DNA of 64,000 nucleotides, taken from assembly GCA_963716275.1 (NCBI GenBank), contig CAVQTC010000005.1, forward strand, positions 40,959 to 104,958. Direction: 5' to 3'. Positions 19,907-29,266 of the stretch are shown here, piece by piece; the first letter of the stretch is position 1; every line of letters starts with the position of its first letter. This stretch comes from an uncultured delta proteobacterium. GTDB taxonomy: Bacteria > Myxococcota_A > UBA9160 > UBA6930. A program made the translations under genes and the position numbers. The notes beneath the pieces were generated by a model that was not told the DNA's origin, did not search any database, and saw only the letters and a program-made list of their open reading frames with translations.

Positions 19907-20275
19907 ATGATTCGAACCCAGGGCCTGACTCACATCCATCTCGTCGTGCGGGACCTCGACCGCTCGCTGCGCTTCTATCAGGGCGTGTTCGGGATGCAGG
20001 AGCAGTTCCGGGACGGTCCGAGCATGGTCTTCCTCAACACGCCCGGCAGCGGCGATCTGATCACGCTGAATGCCGACCCGGACGAGGCGCGCGAGGCCGG
20101 TGTCCACGGAGGCATCGCCCACTTCGGGTTCCGGCTCGCGGAGGGCGCAACCCTCGATGCGGCCATCGGCGAGGTCGAGCGCGCGGGCGGGAAGCTGCTC
20201 CGCCGCGGAGAGCACGCTCCGGGCGTTCCCTTCGCGTACGTCGCCGACCCCGACGGCTACGTGATCGAGCTCTGA
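19907..20275 (+). CDS. VOC/glyoxalase-family protein
   Basis: These are the last 122 aa of ORF 18149..20275, starting at ATG 19907: MIRTQGLTHIHLVVRDLDRSLRFYQGVFGM... Confidence 0.75.
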   Translation: MIRTQGLTHIHLVVRDLDRSLRFYQGVFGMQEQFRDGPSMVFLNTPGSGDLITLNADPDEAREAGVHGGIAHFGFRLAEGATLDAAIGEVERAGGKLLRRGEHAPGVPFAYVADPDGYVIEL

Positions 20276-20287
20276 GGCGCCGCCCGC

Positions 20288-20717
20288 ATGAGGAACCGCT
20301 GGGTCAAGCGTCTCGCGCTCGCGGTCGCCGCCTACGTCGGGCTCGTCGTGGCCTTCGAGTCGCTGGTTCTGTTCATGGGCAAGCGCCAGGCCGAGCGCGG
20401 CCTCCAGCCTGGAGAGAGCTGGATCGCCCTCACGACCACCGACGCGGCGGGGCCGCACGTCACCGTCATCGCCGGCGTCGAGGTCGATGGCCAGCTCTAC
20501 GTCTCGGCCAATCACTGGCCACGCGGCTGGTACCACCGCGCGCTTGCGCACCCAGACGTCGAGGTCGAGCGGGCCGGTAAGCGCGCGCCGTATCGAGCGG
20601 AGCCCGTGGAGGGGCCCGAGCGCGCGCGGATCGCCGAGCGATACCGCCTGCCCGTCGGTGATTCGAGTCCTCGCCGGGTTCCCGCCGCGGTCGTTCCTGC
20701 GCCTCGTTCCGCGCTAG
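20288..20717 (+). pseudogene. DUF385/deazaflavin-dependent nitroreductase-like split-barrel protein with N-terminal TM; one frame disruption
   Basis: The first 122 aa are in ORF 20288..22003 (…YVSANHWPRGWYHRALAHPDVEVERAGKR…ERYRLP). The tail VIRVLAGFPPRSFLRLVPR is in ORF 20487..20717. The span is 430 nt (3n+1), with the shift near 20655. Confidence 0.55.
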
Positions 20718-20738
20718 AGACGTCCGGAGGCTGGGGCC

Positions 20739-21206
20739 GTGACACTGAGCCTGACGTTTCGCCTCGACGACTTGTCGGGGGAGCCCACGCGCGCGCTGAT
20801 CGCGCGGCATCTGGACGGCATGCGCGCGAGCTCTCCGCCCGAGAGCGTCCACGCACTGGGCGTCGACCAGCTCCGGGAGCCCAACGTGACGTTCTGGTCG
20901 GCGTGGGCCGGGAGCGAGATCGCCGGGTGCGGCGCCCTGAAGCGCCTGGACGCGCAGCGCGGCGAGATCAAGTCGATGCGCGTGGCGGACCCCTACCTGG
21001 GTCGCGGCGTGGGAAGGGCATTGCTCGAGCATCTCATTCGCGAGGCTCGAGCCCAAAGGCTCGAGAGCCTCTGGCTCGAGACGGGATCGTCGGAGGCCTT
21101 CACCCCGGCGCTTCGCCTGTACGAGAGCGCCGGCTTCCGGCGCTGTGCTCCGTTCGCGGACTACGTCGACGACCCGTTCAGCGTGTTCATGATGCGGGCG
21201 CTCTGA
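20739..21206 (+). CDS. GNAT-family N-acetyltransferase
   Basis: Intact 155-aa ORF with a GTG start. It carries the acetyl-CoA motif LGRGVGRALLEHLI. Confidence 0.75.
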   Translation: MTLSLTFRLDDLSGEPTRALIARHLDGMRASSPPESVHALGVDQLREPNVTFWSAWAGSEIAGCGALKRLDAQRGEIKSMRVADPYLGRGVGRALLEHLIREARAQRLESLWLETGSSEAFTPALRLYESAGFRRCAPFADYVDDPFSVFMMRAL

Positions 21207-21241
21207 GACGTGCGATGCTCGCCGCCCGGAGGAAGCAGCGG

Positions 21242-22003
21242 ATGACCTTTCGCCTCGACGGAAAAGTGGCGCTGATCACGGGCGGCTCGCGCGGCATCGG
21301 GCTCGGCTGCGCGAAGGCGATGGCGGCCGCTGGCGCGCGCGTGATGATCACCTCGCGCAAGGCGGAGTCCTGTGAGGCGGCCGCGCGCGAGATCGGGAAC
21401 GGCGCGAAGTGGGTGGCCGGGCACGTGGGCGACGCGGCCCAACGCGAGGCCTGCATCGACGCCACGCTCGCCGCCTTCGGCAAGATCGACGTGCTCGTGA
21501 ACAACGCGGCGACGAACCCCTATGCCGGCCCCACCATCGACGTCGACCTCCCGCGCTGGGAGAAGTCGCTGGCCACGAACCTCACGGCCCCGCTCGCCTG
21601 GACGCAGTCCGTCTGGAAGAAGTCGATGCAGAAGGGGCCCGGCGGCTGCTCCGTCATCAACGTGGTCTCGGCGGGCGCCTTCCACACGAGCGCGATCCTC
21701 GGCGTGTACGGCGTGACCAAGGCCGCGCTCGTCTACTTGACCCAACAGCTCGCCGCCGAGCTCGCGCCGACGGCCCGCGTGAATGCGGTCGCGCCAGCGC
21801 TGATCAAGACCGAGTTCGCGCGCGCTCTCTGGGAGGGTGGGCGCGGCGAGTCCGTCGCGAAGGGCTACCCGATGCAGCGTCTCGGCGAGACCGAGGACGT
21901 CGCGGCCGCCGCGCTCTATCTCGCCTCGGACGCGTCGAGCTGGGTCACCGGCCAGACCGTGATCCTCGACGGCGGCGCCGGCGTCGCCTTCCCGAGAGGT
22001 TGA
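21242..22003 (+). CDS. SDR-family oxidoreductase
   Basis: Starts at ATG 21242 (MTFRLDGKVALITGGSRGIG) inside ORF 20288..22003. It contains NNAA and YGVTKAA. Confidence 0.85.
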   Translation: MTFRLDGKVALITGGSRGIGLGCAKAMAAAGARVMITSRKAESCEAAAREIGNGAKWVAGHVGDAAQREACIDATLAAFGKIDVLVNNAATNPYAGPTIDVDLPRWEKSLATNLTAPLAWTQSVWKKSMQKGPGGCSVINVVSAGAFHTSAILGVYGVTKAALVYLTQQLAAELAPTARVNAVAPALIKTEFARALWEGGRGESVAKGYPMQRLGETEDVAAAALYLASDASSWVTGQTVILDGGAGVAFPRG

Positions 22004-22007
22004 GCCG

Positions 22008-23036
22008 ATGCGCGCGCTCCGCGTGAATCGCAACGGGCCGCCGGCCGAGGTCTGCGAGGTCGAGGACCTCCCCATTCCGCAGCCCGGCCCCGGCCAGCTG
22101 CGCGTGAAAGTCGCCGCGGCGTCGCTCAATTTCAACGACATCGACCGCTGCCGCGGGCGCACGACCACGATCCCGATCAAGCCGCCCTTCACACTCGGCA
22201 TGGACGTGTGCGGCGTGGTGGATGCGGCCGGCGCCGGGGGCGAGCGCTGGCTCGGGCGGCGCGTGATCGCGATCGCCCAGCAGGCTCAGGGCGGCCTCGC
22301 GGAGTATGCGCTCTCGCCGCTCGCGTCGGTCTTCGAGGCCCCGAGCGAGCTCGACGACGCGGAGGCCGTGGCGCTCCTCCTTCCCTATCACACCACGCAC
22401 CTGGCGCTCTTCCGGCGCGCGCGCCTCCAGGCGGGGGAGTGGCTGCTCGTGCACTCCGGCGCGAGCGCGCTCGGCACCGCAGCGATCCAGCTCGGCGTCG
22501 CCGCCGGCGCGCGCGTGATCGCCACGGCCGGCGGCCCGGACAAGGCGCGGCTCTGTGCGGAGCTCGGCGCGGAGCTCGCCCTCGACCACACGCGCGAGGA
22601 CTTCGCGACGCGCGTGCTCGACCACACGGGCGACGTCGGCGCGCACGTGGTGTGCGACCTCGCAGGCGGCTCGTTCGTGGAGAAGTCCTGGCGCTGTGTG
22701 GCGCGCGAGGGCCGCTACCTCTGCGCGGGCTTCGCGGACGACGACAAGAACGGCTTCACCGGGCGGCCGCTGCGGCCGGCCTGCACGGGCAACTTCTCGA
22801 TCCTGGGCGTGATGCTGGCTTACATGGACGCGGTGCCCTCGCCCGTCCGGCGCATGGGGCTTAACCCCTTCCCGCGCGCCGTCGGCGACGAGGTCCACGC
22901 CGATCTTCTCCGGCTCCTGCGCGAGAAGAAGATTCGGCCGGTGGTCGGACGCCGCATCGCGCTTCACGAGGTGGGCGCCGCCCTCGCCGATCACGAGCAG
23001 CGCCGCACGAGCGGCCGGACCGTCGTGGTGCTCTGA
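22008..23036 (+). CDS. MDR-family NAD(P)H:quinone oxidoreductase / zinc-type alcohol dehydrogenase-like
   Basis: Intact 342-aa ORF with the nucleotide-binding loop VHSGASALGTAAIQLG. Confidence 0.8.
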   Translation: MRALRVNRNGPPAEVCEVEDLPIPQPGPGQLRVKVAAASLNFNDIDRCRGRTTTIPIKPPFTLGMDVCGVVDAAGAGGERWLGRRVIAIAQQAQGGLAEYALSPLASVFEAPSELDDAEAVALLLPYHTTHLALFRRARLQAGEWLLVHSGASALGTAAIQLGVAAGARVIATAGGPDKARLCAELGAELALDHTREDFATRVLDHTGDVGAHVVCDLAGGSFVEKSWRCVAREGRYLCAGFADDDKNGFTGRPLRPACTGNFSILGVMLAYMDAVPSPVRRMGLNPFPRAVGDEVHADLLRLLREKKIRPVVGRRIALHEVGAALADHEQRRTSGRTVVVL

Positions 23037-23040
23037 GCAG

Positions 23041-23079
23041 GAATCGAAATTTCGGGGTCTGACCCCGAAATTTCGATTC
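23041..23079. terminator. Perfect 19-bp-arm palindrome between convergent genes (bidirectional terminator or dual operator)
   Basis: GAATCGAAATTTCGGGGTC T GACCCCGAAATTTCGATTC. It begins 5 nt after the stop at 23034-23036 and ends 7 nt before the stop at 23086-23088. Each arm contains the self-complementary CGAAATTTCG. Confidence 0.6.
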
Positions 23080-23085
23080 TGCGGG

Positions 23086-24243
23086 TCAAGCGCCGAACAG
23101 CTTCTCGAAGTTCTCGCTGTAGAAGCGCGCGCGCGTCGCCTCGCTCGCGTCGCCCAGTGACGCCTCGAAGCGTCCGAGCGGATTGCGCCCGCCTTCGAAG
23201 TGGGGGTAGTCGCTCGAGAACAGGTAGAGCCGATCGTCGGATTGTCGGATCAGCGTGCCCACGTCCTCATAGGGATAGGGCGTGAAGGCGAGCTGCTCGG
23301 CGACCTGCTGGGAGGGCTTGCGCTGGAGCGCGCGCAGATCCGGCTCCGACTTCTTCCAGACCTCGGCGACCCAGTCGAGGCGCGCGACCAGCGACGGCAC
23401 CCAGCCCGCGCCGAGCTCGATCGCCCCGCCGCGCAGGCGCGGGTGGCGCTCGAGCACGCCGTCGAGCACGAGCGCGCCCAGGAAGGTCTCCGCCGCGTGA
23501 TGCAGGGAGGTCATGTCCTTCCCGCGCACGTTCTCGCCGCCACCGAGCCAGTCGGTGGGGACGGGGCGGCCGGTGTTCATCCAGGCTGGCTCCACCTGGA
23601 GCGGATCGCCGCCCACGTGGAGCACGAAGGGCATGCGCGCATCGGCGAGGGCCGCCCACACCGCATCGAGCTCGTCGTGGCCCGGAGAGCGACCGCCGCA
23701 GGGTCGGTGCGGCACCCAGGCTGCCTCGAGTCCGAGGCCGAGCGCGTGCTCGAGCTCGGCGAGCGCGAGCTTCGTGTCGTCGAGCGGCAGCGCCGCGACG
23801 CCCATCAGCCGCGCGTCCTCGCCGCAGAATGCCGCCATCGCGCGGTTGTGTGCGCGCGCAGCGCCGTAGCGCACGTCGAGCGGCTCGTTGCCGTAGAAGG
23901 CCGGCCCCACCGAGAAGGTCGAGAACACGAGCTGGCGCTGGAAGCCGAGCAGGTCGAGCGCGCGGCTGCGCTCCTCTCCGTTGAAGGCGCCGAGCGCCGC
24001 GTAGCCCTTCGGCCCGCTGATCAGCTGGTCGCCGAGCGCGACCATCTCCGCCACGCGCTCGGGGGTATGCCCTTTGCGCCGGGCGGCGTCCTCGAGGCCC
24101 GAGGCCGAGCGCCCGCCCGAGGCGAACGAGATGCGCGGGAGACGCTCGCGCAGCGCCGGGTCCGCGAACTCGGTCAGAAAATCCGGCAGCTCCATGATGT
24201 GGCTGTCGGCGTCAAAGGTCGTGCGCGTCCCCGCATAGGCCAT
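23086..24243 (-). CDS. Amidohydrolase_2-family metal-dependent hydrolase/decarboxylase
   Basis: Intact 385-aa ORF with FDADSHIME near the N-terminus and SSDYPHFEG near the C-terminus. Confidence 0.8.
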   Translation of the reverse strand: MAYAGTRTTFDADSHIMELPDFLTEFADPALRERLPRISFASGGRSASGLEDAARRKGHTPERVAEMVALGDQLISGPKGYAALGAFNGEERSRALDLLGFQRQLVFSTFSVGPAFYGNEPLDVRYGAARAHNRAMAAFCGEDARLMGVAALPLDDTKLALAELEHALGLGLEAAWVPHRPCGGRSPGHDELDAVWAALADARMPFVLHVGGDPLQVEPAWMNTGRPVPTDWLGGGENVRGKDMTSLHHAAETFLGALVLDGVLERHPRLRGGAIELGAGWVPSLVARLDWVAEVWKKSEPDLRALQRKPSQQVAEQLAFTPYPYEDVGTLIRQSDDRLYLFSSDYPHFEGGRNPLGRFEASLGDASEATRARFYSENFEKLFGA

Positions 24244-24315
24244 CCGGAGGGCACCTCCGGCCGCAAGCGTAGTACGCGCGCCCTGCGGCGTCGCGCGGGA
24301 CGATTGGCGCTCGCC

Positions 24316-25323
24316 TCAGGCGGACCGCCTCCTCCGGGACCTGCGAAGCTCGAGGGGGATGGCATCCGCCTGGGCGGAGAGATCGACGACCCGGAAGTCG
24401 TGCTTGTAGGAGCGCAGCGCCTCCCAGGCCTCCAGCCGCTGAACCCCAGCGTGCAGGGCCAGCTTCTCGAACACGAGCCGCGCCAGCTCATCACGGCCCG
24501 GCGTGCTGACCAGAGCGATTACGTCGAAGCGGCCCAAGGTGATGCCGACGAAGCCCGCCGCCGGCTCCCTGGCGATCGCCTCGGCGACCCTGTGCGCCGC
24601 GCCTCGTCGCGCTTTGACGGCGATCCAGGCCGCGTATCCACCCGGGCCGATCGAGACGTCGGTGACCGCCTGGATGCGGAGCAGTGCCGCGTCCTCGAGA
24701 CGCCTCGTGCGCGCTCGGATCGTGCCCTCGGAGCAGCGCAGCCGCCTACCGATCTCGCGAAAGCTCGTGCGAGCATTCTGCTGGAACGTCTCGAGGATCT
24801 CGCGGTCGATGTCGTCGAGCTCGTTGGTCGCGTCGGCGGGGAGACGGCGCGGAGCGAGTCGATCGAGGGTCGCCCAATCGGTGCGATGGCGGACTCGCTT
24901 CAGGACGAGAAAGGACTCCAACTCCTCGACGCCGGCGATCGCGCCCACGCCCTTCTCGAGCTGCTCGGAGAGGTCCTGCTGGTCGCGAGCGTACATCGAC
25001 GCCACCACCTCGAAGCCCCCGAGGCACGAAGTGATGCCAGTCACCGAGGGGAGCGCGGCGATCTCTTCGGCGACGTCCGCAGGGCGCCGTCCCGACACCT
25101 GGATGCCGACGATCGCGAAGAGCGTGTACCCGACGATCCGCACGTCGAGGACCGCGAGCACTCGCAGCAAGTTCTCGCGTTCGAGGCGGCGGATGCGCGC
25201 AGCAACCGTCTGCTCGGTGACTCGCGCGGCCTTGGCCAGCGACCGATTCGTCGCGCCCGGGTGGCGCCGAAGGCACTCGATGATCTCGCGATCGAGGTCG
25301 TCGACGAGGGACGCGGCGGGCAT
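24316..25323 (-). CDS. Tandem-duplicated (double) Lrp/AsnC-family transcriptional regulator
   Basis: 335 aa from ATG 25321-25323. There are two complete HTH plus RAM/ACT-like repeats, with HTH regions NRSLAKAARVTEQTVAARIRRLE and SFREIGRRLRCSEGTIRARTRRLE. Confidence 0.8.
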   Translation of the reverse strand: MPAASLVDDLDREIIECLRRHPGATNRSLAKAARVTEQTVAARIRRLERENLLRVLAVLDVRIVGYTLFAIVGIQVSGRRPADVAEEIAALPSVTGITSCLGGFEVVASMYARDQQDLSEQLEKGVGAIAGVEELESFLVLKRVRHRTDWATLDRLAPRRLPADATNELDDIDREILETFQQNARTSFREIGRRLRCSEGTIRARTRRLEDAALLRIQAVTDVSIGPGGYAAWIAVKARRGAAHRVAEAIAREPAAGFVGITLGRFDVIALVSTPGRDELARLVFEKLALHAGVQRLEAWEALRSYKHDFRVVDLSAQADAIPLELRRSRRRRSA

Positions 25324-25337
25324 CGACGGCGCGCGCC

Positions 25338-26354
25338 TCAGAGCGTCTTGCGGCGCAGCGTGCGCCGCTGACTCGGAGGCGAGTACGCGCTCGCGCCGAC
25401 CGTTCTCACCGCCGACAGCCTCGCCACGCGGAGGTCGTTCTTGTAGGAATGCAGGCCGTTCCAGGCCTCCACGCGCTGGACTCCCCCCATGAGCGCCACA
25501 TCGTCGAACACGAGGCGGGCGATAGCCTCGCGATCTTCGGCGATCACCAAAGCAAGCACGTCGAAGCGGCCCAGCGTGATGCCGAGGAAGGCGATCTCGG
25601 GCTTCCTGACGATCGCTTCGCAGACCCGGCGCATCCAGCCGCGCCGGGTCTTGATTGCGATCCAAGCCCAGCTCGACCCTGGCTGGATGGAGATGTCGGT
25701 CACCGCCTGGAGTCTGCAGACGCCCTCGTTCTCCATCTGCCGCAGTCGCGTGCGGATGGTGCCCTCCGAGCGGCCGAGGCGCCGCGACACTTCGCGCAGG
25801 CTCGTGCGCCCGTCCTCGCGCAGCTGATCGAGAATCGCTCCGTCGAGGCGATCCCCCCGTTCGAGGCGGATGGCGGTCACCGGGGAGAGGGAGTCGAGTT
25901 GCGCCCAGTCGACGCGATAGAGGAGCTGCTCGAGCACCAGGAAGGACTCGATCTCCTCCACGCCCCGAATCGCTCCGATCTGTCGCTCGAGTTGCTCGTA
26001 CAGATCATCCTCGCCGCGCGCGTACAGGACGGCAACGAGCTCGTACCCGCCCAGGCAACTGGCGAGGCTGGAGACGCAGGGGAGCTCGACGAGCTCGGTA
26101 GCGACTTCTGCGGGCGCGCGCCCCGAGACCTGGATCCCTGCGATCACGAAGCGTGTGAAGCCGGCGGCCTCCATGTCGAGGACCGCGATCACGCGCAACA
26201 AGTTCGCCTGCTCGAGCCTGTGAATGCGCGCCGCGACCGTCTGCTCTGTGATGCCCAGGGCGTCGGCAATCGAGCGGCTCGTCGCACGCGCGTCCTGTTT
26301 CAAGCAGGCGATGATCGAGCGATCCACGGCGTCGACACGATTCGCATCCGCCAT
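25338..26354 (-). CDS. Tandem-duplicated (double) Lrp/AsnC-family transcriptional regulator (paralog 2)
   Basis: 338 aa from ATG 26352-26354 (MADANRVDAVDRSII). The HTH regions are SRSIADALGITEQTVAARIHRLE and SLREVSRRLGRSEGTIRTRLRQME. Confidence 0.8.
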   Translation of the reverse strand: MADANRVDAVDRSIIACLKQDARATSRSIADALGITEQTVAARIHRLEQANLLRVIAVLDMEAAGFTRFVIAGIQVSGRAPAEVATELVELPCVSSLASCLGGYELVAVLYARGEDDLYEQLERQIGAIRGVEEIESFLVLEQLLYRVDWAQLDSLSPVTAIRLERGDRLDGAILDQLREDGRTSLREVSRRLGRSEGTIRTRLRQMENEGVCRLQAVTDISIQPGSSWAWIAIKTRRGWMRRVCEAIVRKPEIAFLGITLGRFDVLALVIAEDREAIARLVFDDVALMGGVQRVEAWNGLHSYKNDLRVARLSAVRTVGASAYSPPSQRRTLRRKTL

Positions 26355-26548
26355 GGTTCCAGCCGCCTCGCTCGGGAATCGCGCGGCAGGATAGCCGCGC
26401 CGGCCGCGCGCTCGCCGCTCTCGCCTGGGCCCGCTGAAACGCGTTATAAGACCCATACGGGCATTTTATCAGCAGTATGCGCAATATTTTCTTGTAATCC
26501 CTGCGGCAACCAAGAATAATGCGCGCCGCCCCAGGAGGTGCGCCCCGG
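26355..26548. promoter_or_regulatory. Divergent AT-rich control region (double-Lrp gene and TonB receptor)
   Basis: The sequence ...CATTTTATCAGCAGTATGCGCAATATTTTCTTGTAATCC... includes TATGCGCAATA at 26477-26487. Confidence 0.45.
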
Positions 26549-29214
26549 ATGGTCAAGTTTCTCGCCTGCCTCGCCACGAGTCTCTGCCTGCTCGCGTCAC
26601 CGCTTCTGGCTCAGCAGCCCGCACCTGAGAGCGCCCAGGCCACGGCAGCCTCCAGGCCGGCGATCGAGGAGATCGTGGTGACCGCCGAGAAGCGAGTGTC
26701 GACCGTCCAAGCGACGCCCATCGCGATCACTGCACTGACGAGCGAGTGATCGAGGACGGGCCGGCTCTACAGCCCCGACCGGCTCCAGTGGTCCGTGCCC
26801 TCGATGACCTACGGGCAGCAGTCCAGCTACAACTTCATCACGTTGCGCGGCATCGGCGGCGACGTGACGGTCTCTGCCGAGTCATCCGTCGCGTCCTACG
26901 AGGACGGCGTCTACACCGGATCGCTGCTCAGCCAGCAGGTCCCGGGCTTCGATCTCGAGCGGATCGAGGTGCTGCGCGGGCCGCAGGGGACGCTCTACGG
27001 CCGCAACTCCGACGGCGGCGTCGTCAACTACATCAGCAAGGCGCCGAGCTTCGAGCCCGAGGCGAATCTCGCCGTGGCCTACGGGAAGTACAACGAGCTC
27101 CAGATCGACGCCGGCGCGACGGGCGGAATCATCGAGGACAAGCTCGCAGGCCGGATCTCCGTTCGATACGAGAAGCACGACGGCTACCGGCACAACATCG
27201 TCCTCGACGAGGACGAGTACGACCTCTCCACCGCCGCGGTGCGCGTGGCTCTGCTGTTCACGCCCAGCGAGGACTTCAGCCTGACGGTGCGAGGCGGATA
27301 CGCGAGCCACGAGACCTCGGCCGCCTACACGGTGCTCTCGGCGACTCCGACGGGGCTCCCGGGGACCGATCCGCTGACGAACATCACCGGGGGGCCGTAC
27401 GGGACGGCGCCCCTCGGCATCTTCTCCATGCCGGCACAGTTCTTCATCGACGCCCCAGGGCTCATGTCGCCGGCCGATATCGCGTCCCTCGCGGGCGGCA
27501 GCATCGCGGACTTCTACGGGCTCGTGCCGGCTGGCCCGGTCCCTCCAGATCCGGAGAAGAAGCTGAAGCACTCGAACGCAGTCGAGTCCAGCTACGACAT
27601 CGACCAGTACAACTTCAGCGCGACCATGGACTGGGATGTGGGCCCGTTCGCGTTCAAGTCGATCACGGCGTATCGCTACGGGAAGCTGACCTTCACCCAG
27701 GACAGCCTGGGCGCCGGAACGCCGGGCGTCGTCTTCTTTCCGCTGACCCACGTGACGAGGCAGTTCACTCAGGAGTTCAACTTCAGCGGGACCGCGTTCG
27801 ACGAGAAGCTCGACTGGCTCGGCGGCGTCTACTACTTCCGCGACGACTCGCACTTCAACACGTCGGTCTGGCTTCCGACCACGGGCGACTCGTTCCTTGC
27901 GGCGTGCGGCACCACCGCCGGGCTCGCGTTCCTCAATGCCACGCTGGGCTGCACGACGAGCGACGGGCGCGTTTCCCTTCGCGCCTCGTCCCCCAGAGCG
28001 CCTTCCCGTACGACGTCTGGCAACAGTTCCCGAGCGACCCGCTCACGCAGATCACCAAAGGGTCTCGATCAGAGAATCCCGTCGGCGCGGGTGGGTCCGG
28101 TGAGTCCTGGCGACGTGCCCGGAGCAGGCGTTTCTCGGCTTCGATACGGAGCAGCTCAGCTGGTCGGCCGCGGGCTTCACTCCAGCTCACGTACCACCTG
28201 ACGGACCGCCTCCGCGCCACGGGCGGGTTCCGCTACACGTTCGACGAGAAGGACGTGACGCGCTCGCTGCACTCGAACCTGATCGCGACCTTGATCAACG
28301 TCGGTCTCGCGAGCCCGGTCGCCCCGGACGGCGTGACGCCGACGCTCTGCGACGAGCAGAAGGACGACATCACGTGGGATGCCTACACGGGCACCGCAGG
28401 CGTCGACTACGACGTGCTCGAGGACGACGATGCTCTACGCCAAGTATTCGCGCGGCTACAAGGGTGGTGGCTGGAACCCGGGCGAGTGCGGCGAGGCGTA
28501 CGACCCGGAGCACCTCTCGGCTTACGAGACGGGCGTGAAGTCGACGTTCTGGAATGGCCAGGCGCGGACCAACGCCGCGTTCTATTGGTACGACTACGAC
28601 GACATCCAGTTCACGCTGTACGTCCCGAATCAGTCGTTCATCCGCAACGCGGGCACGCGCGACGGCCTACGGTCTCGAGCTCGAGTACCTCGTTCGCCCA
28701 GACTTGCTCTCGGGCGTCCAGCTCGACGGGTCGGTCTCCTGGGAGCACTCCGAGTACGGCAAGGGATTCTTCCAGGACGTCGCGGGCATCGTTCAGGCGC
28801 CGCCAGTCGGACCGGGCATCCCCATCAAGGGGAACGAGCTGATTCGCGCTCCCGAGTGGAAGGCGAATCTGGGCGCGCAATACACCTTCGACGCCGGCGA
28901 CGTCGGCAGCTTCACGGCGCGGGTCGAGGGCACCTACACCTCCACCTACTACAACGACATCTTCAACGGCGAGGCTCCCTTCGCGGAAAACGACGGTGCA
29001 GCCCGATTTCTGGCTCGGCAATGCGCGCCTGAGCTGGGAATCAGCCGATGGCCGCTACGAGGCGATGTTCTTCATCGACAACTTCACCGAGGAGCTCTAC
29101 GCCGAGAACCGCGTGTCCTTCAACACGCCCTCGGCCCTCGTGATGGTGGGCGGGCAGATGGCCGCGCCGCGAACCTTCGGCTTCCGCGTCTCGGCGAGGT
29201 TCGGCGGCCAGTAG
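26549..29214 (+). pseudogene. TonB-dependent outer-membrane receptor; heavily frame-disrupted, with a TGA at 26747
   Basis: The signal peptide and plug (MVKFLACLATSLCLLASPLLAQQ...IEEIVVTAEKR) are in ORF 26519..26749. The barrel pieces are in ORFs 26795, 26746, 28379, 28554 and 28996 (VLRGPQGTLYGRNS, LDWLGGVYYFRDDS, GGFRYTFDEKDV, YSRGYKGGGWNPG, LIRAPEWKANLGAQYTFD, ...FGFRVSARFGGQ). I count at least 8 frame changes: around 26747-26765, 27965-28190 (several), 28435, 28660 and 28990. Confidence 0.75.
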
Positions 29215-29266
29215 CTACTAAGAGGCATGGCGCTCCTGAGATCGAGCGCCCCATGGGAGCTGGATC

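Noticed and set aside
20739-21206. The GNAT acetyltransferase considered as the toxin of a GNAT/RHH toxin-antitoxin pair
   Set aside because: There is no small DNA-binding antitoxin ORF directly upstream or overlapping. The neighbours are metabolic genes.
26747-26749. The TGA within the TonB receptor plug, considered as selenocysteine or programmed readthrough
   Set aside because: The frame also shifts immediately around it. I saw no SECIS-like hairpin downstream. TonB receptors are not selenoproteins. It is best explained by the same indel process.
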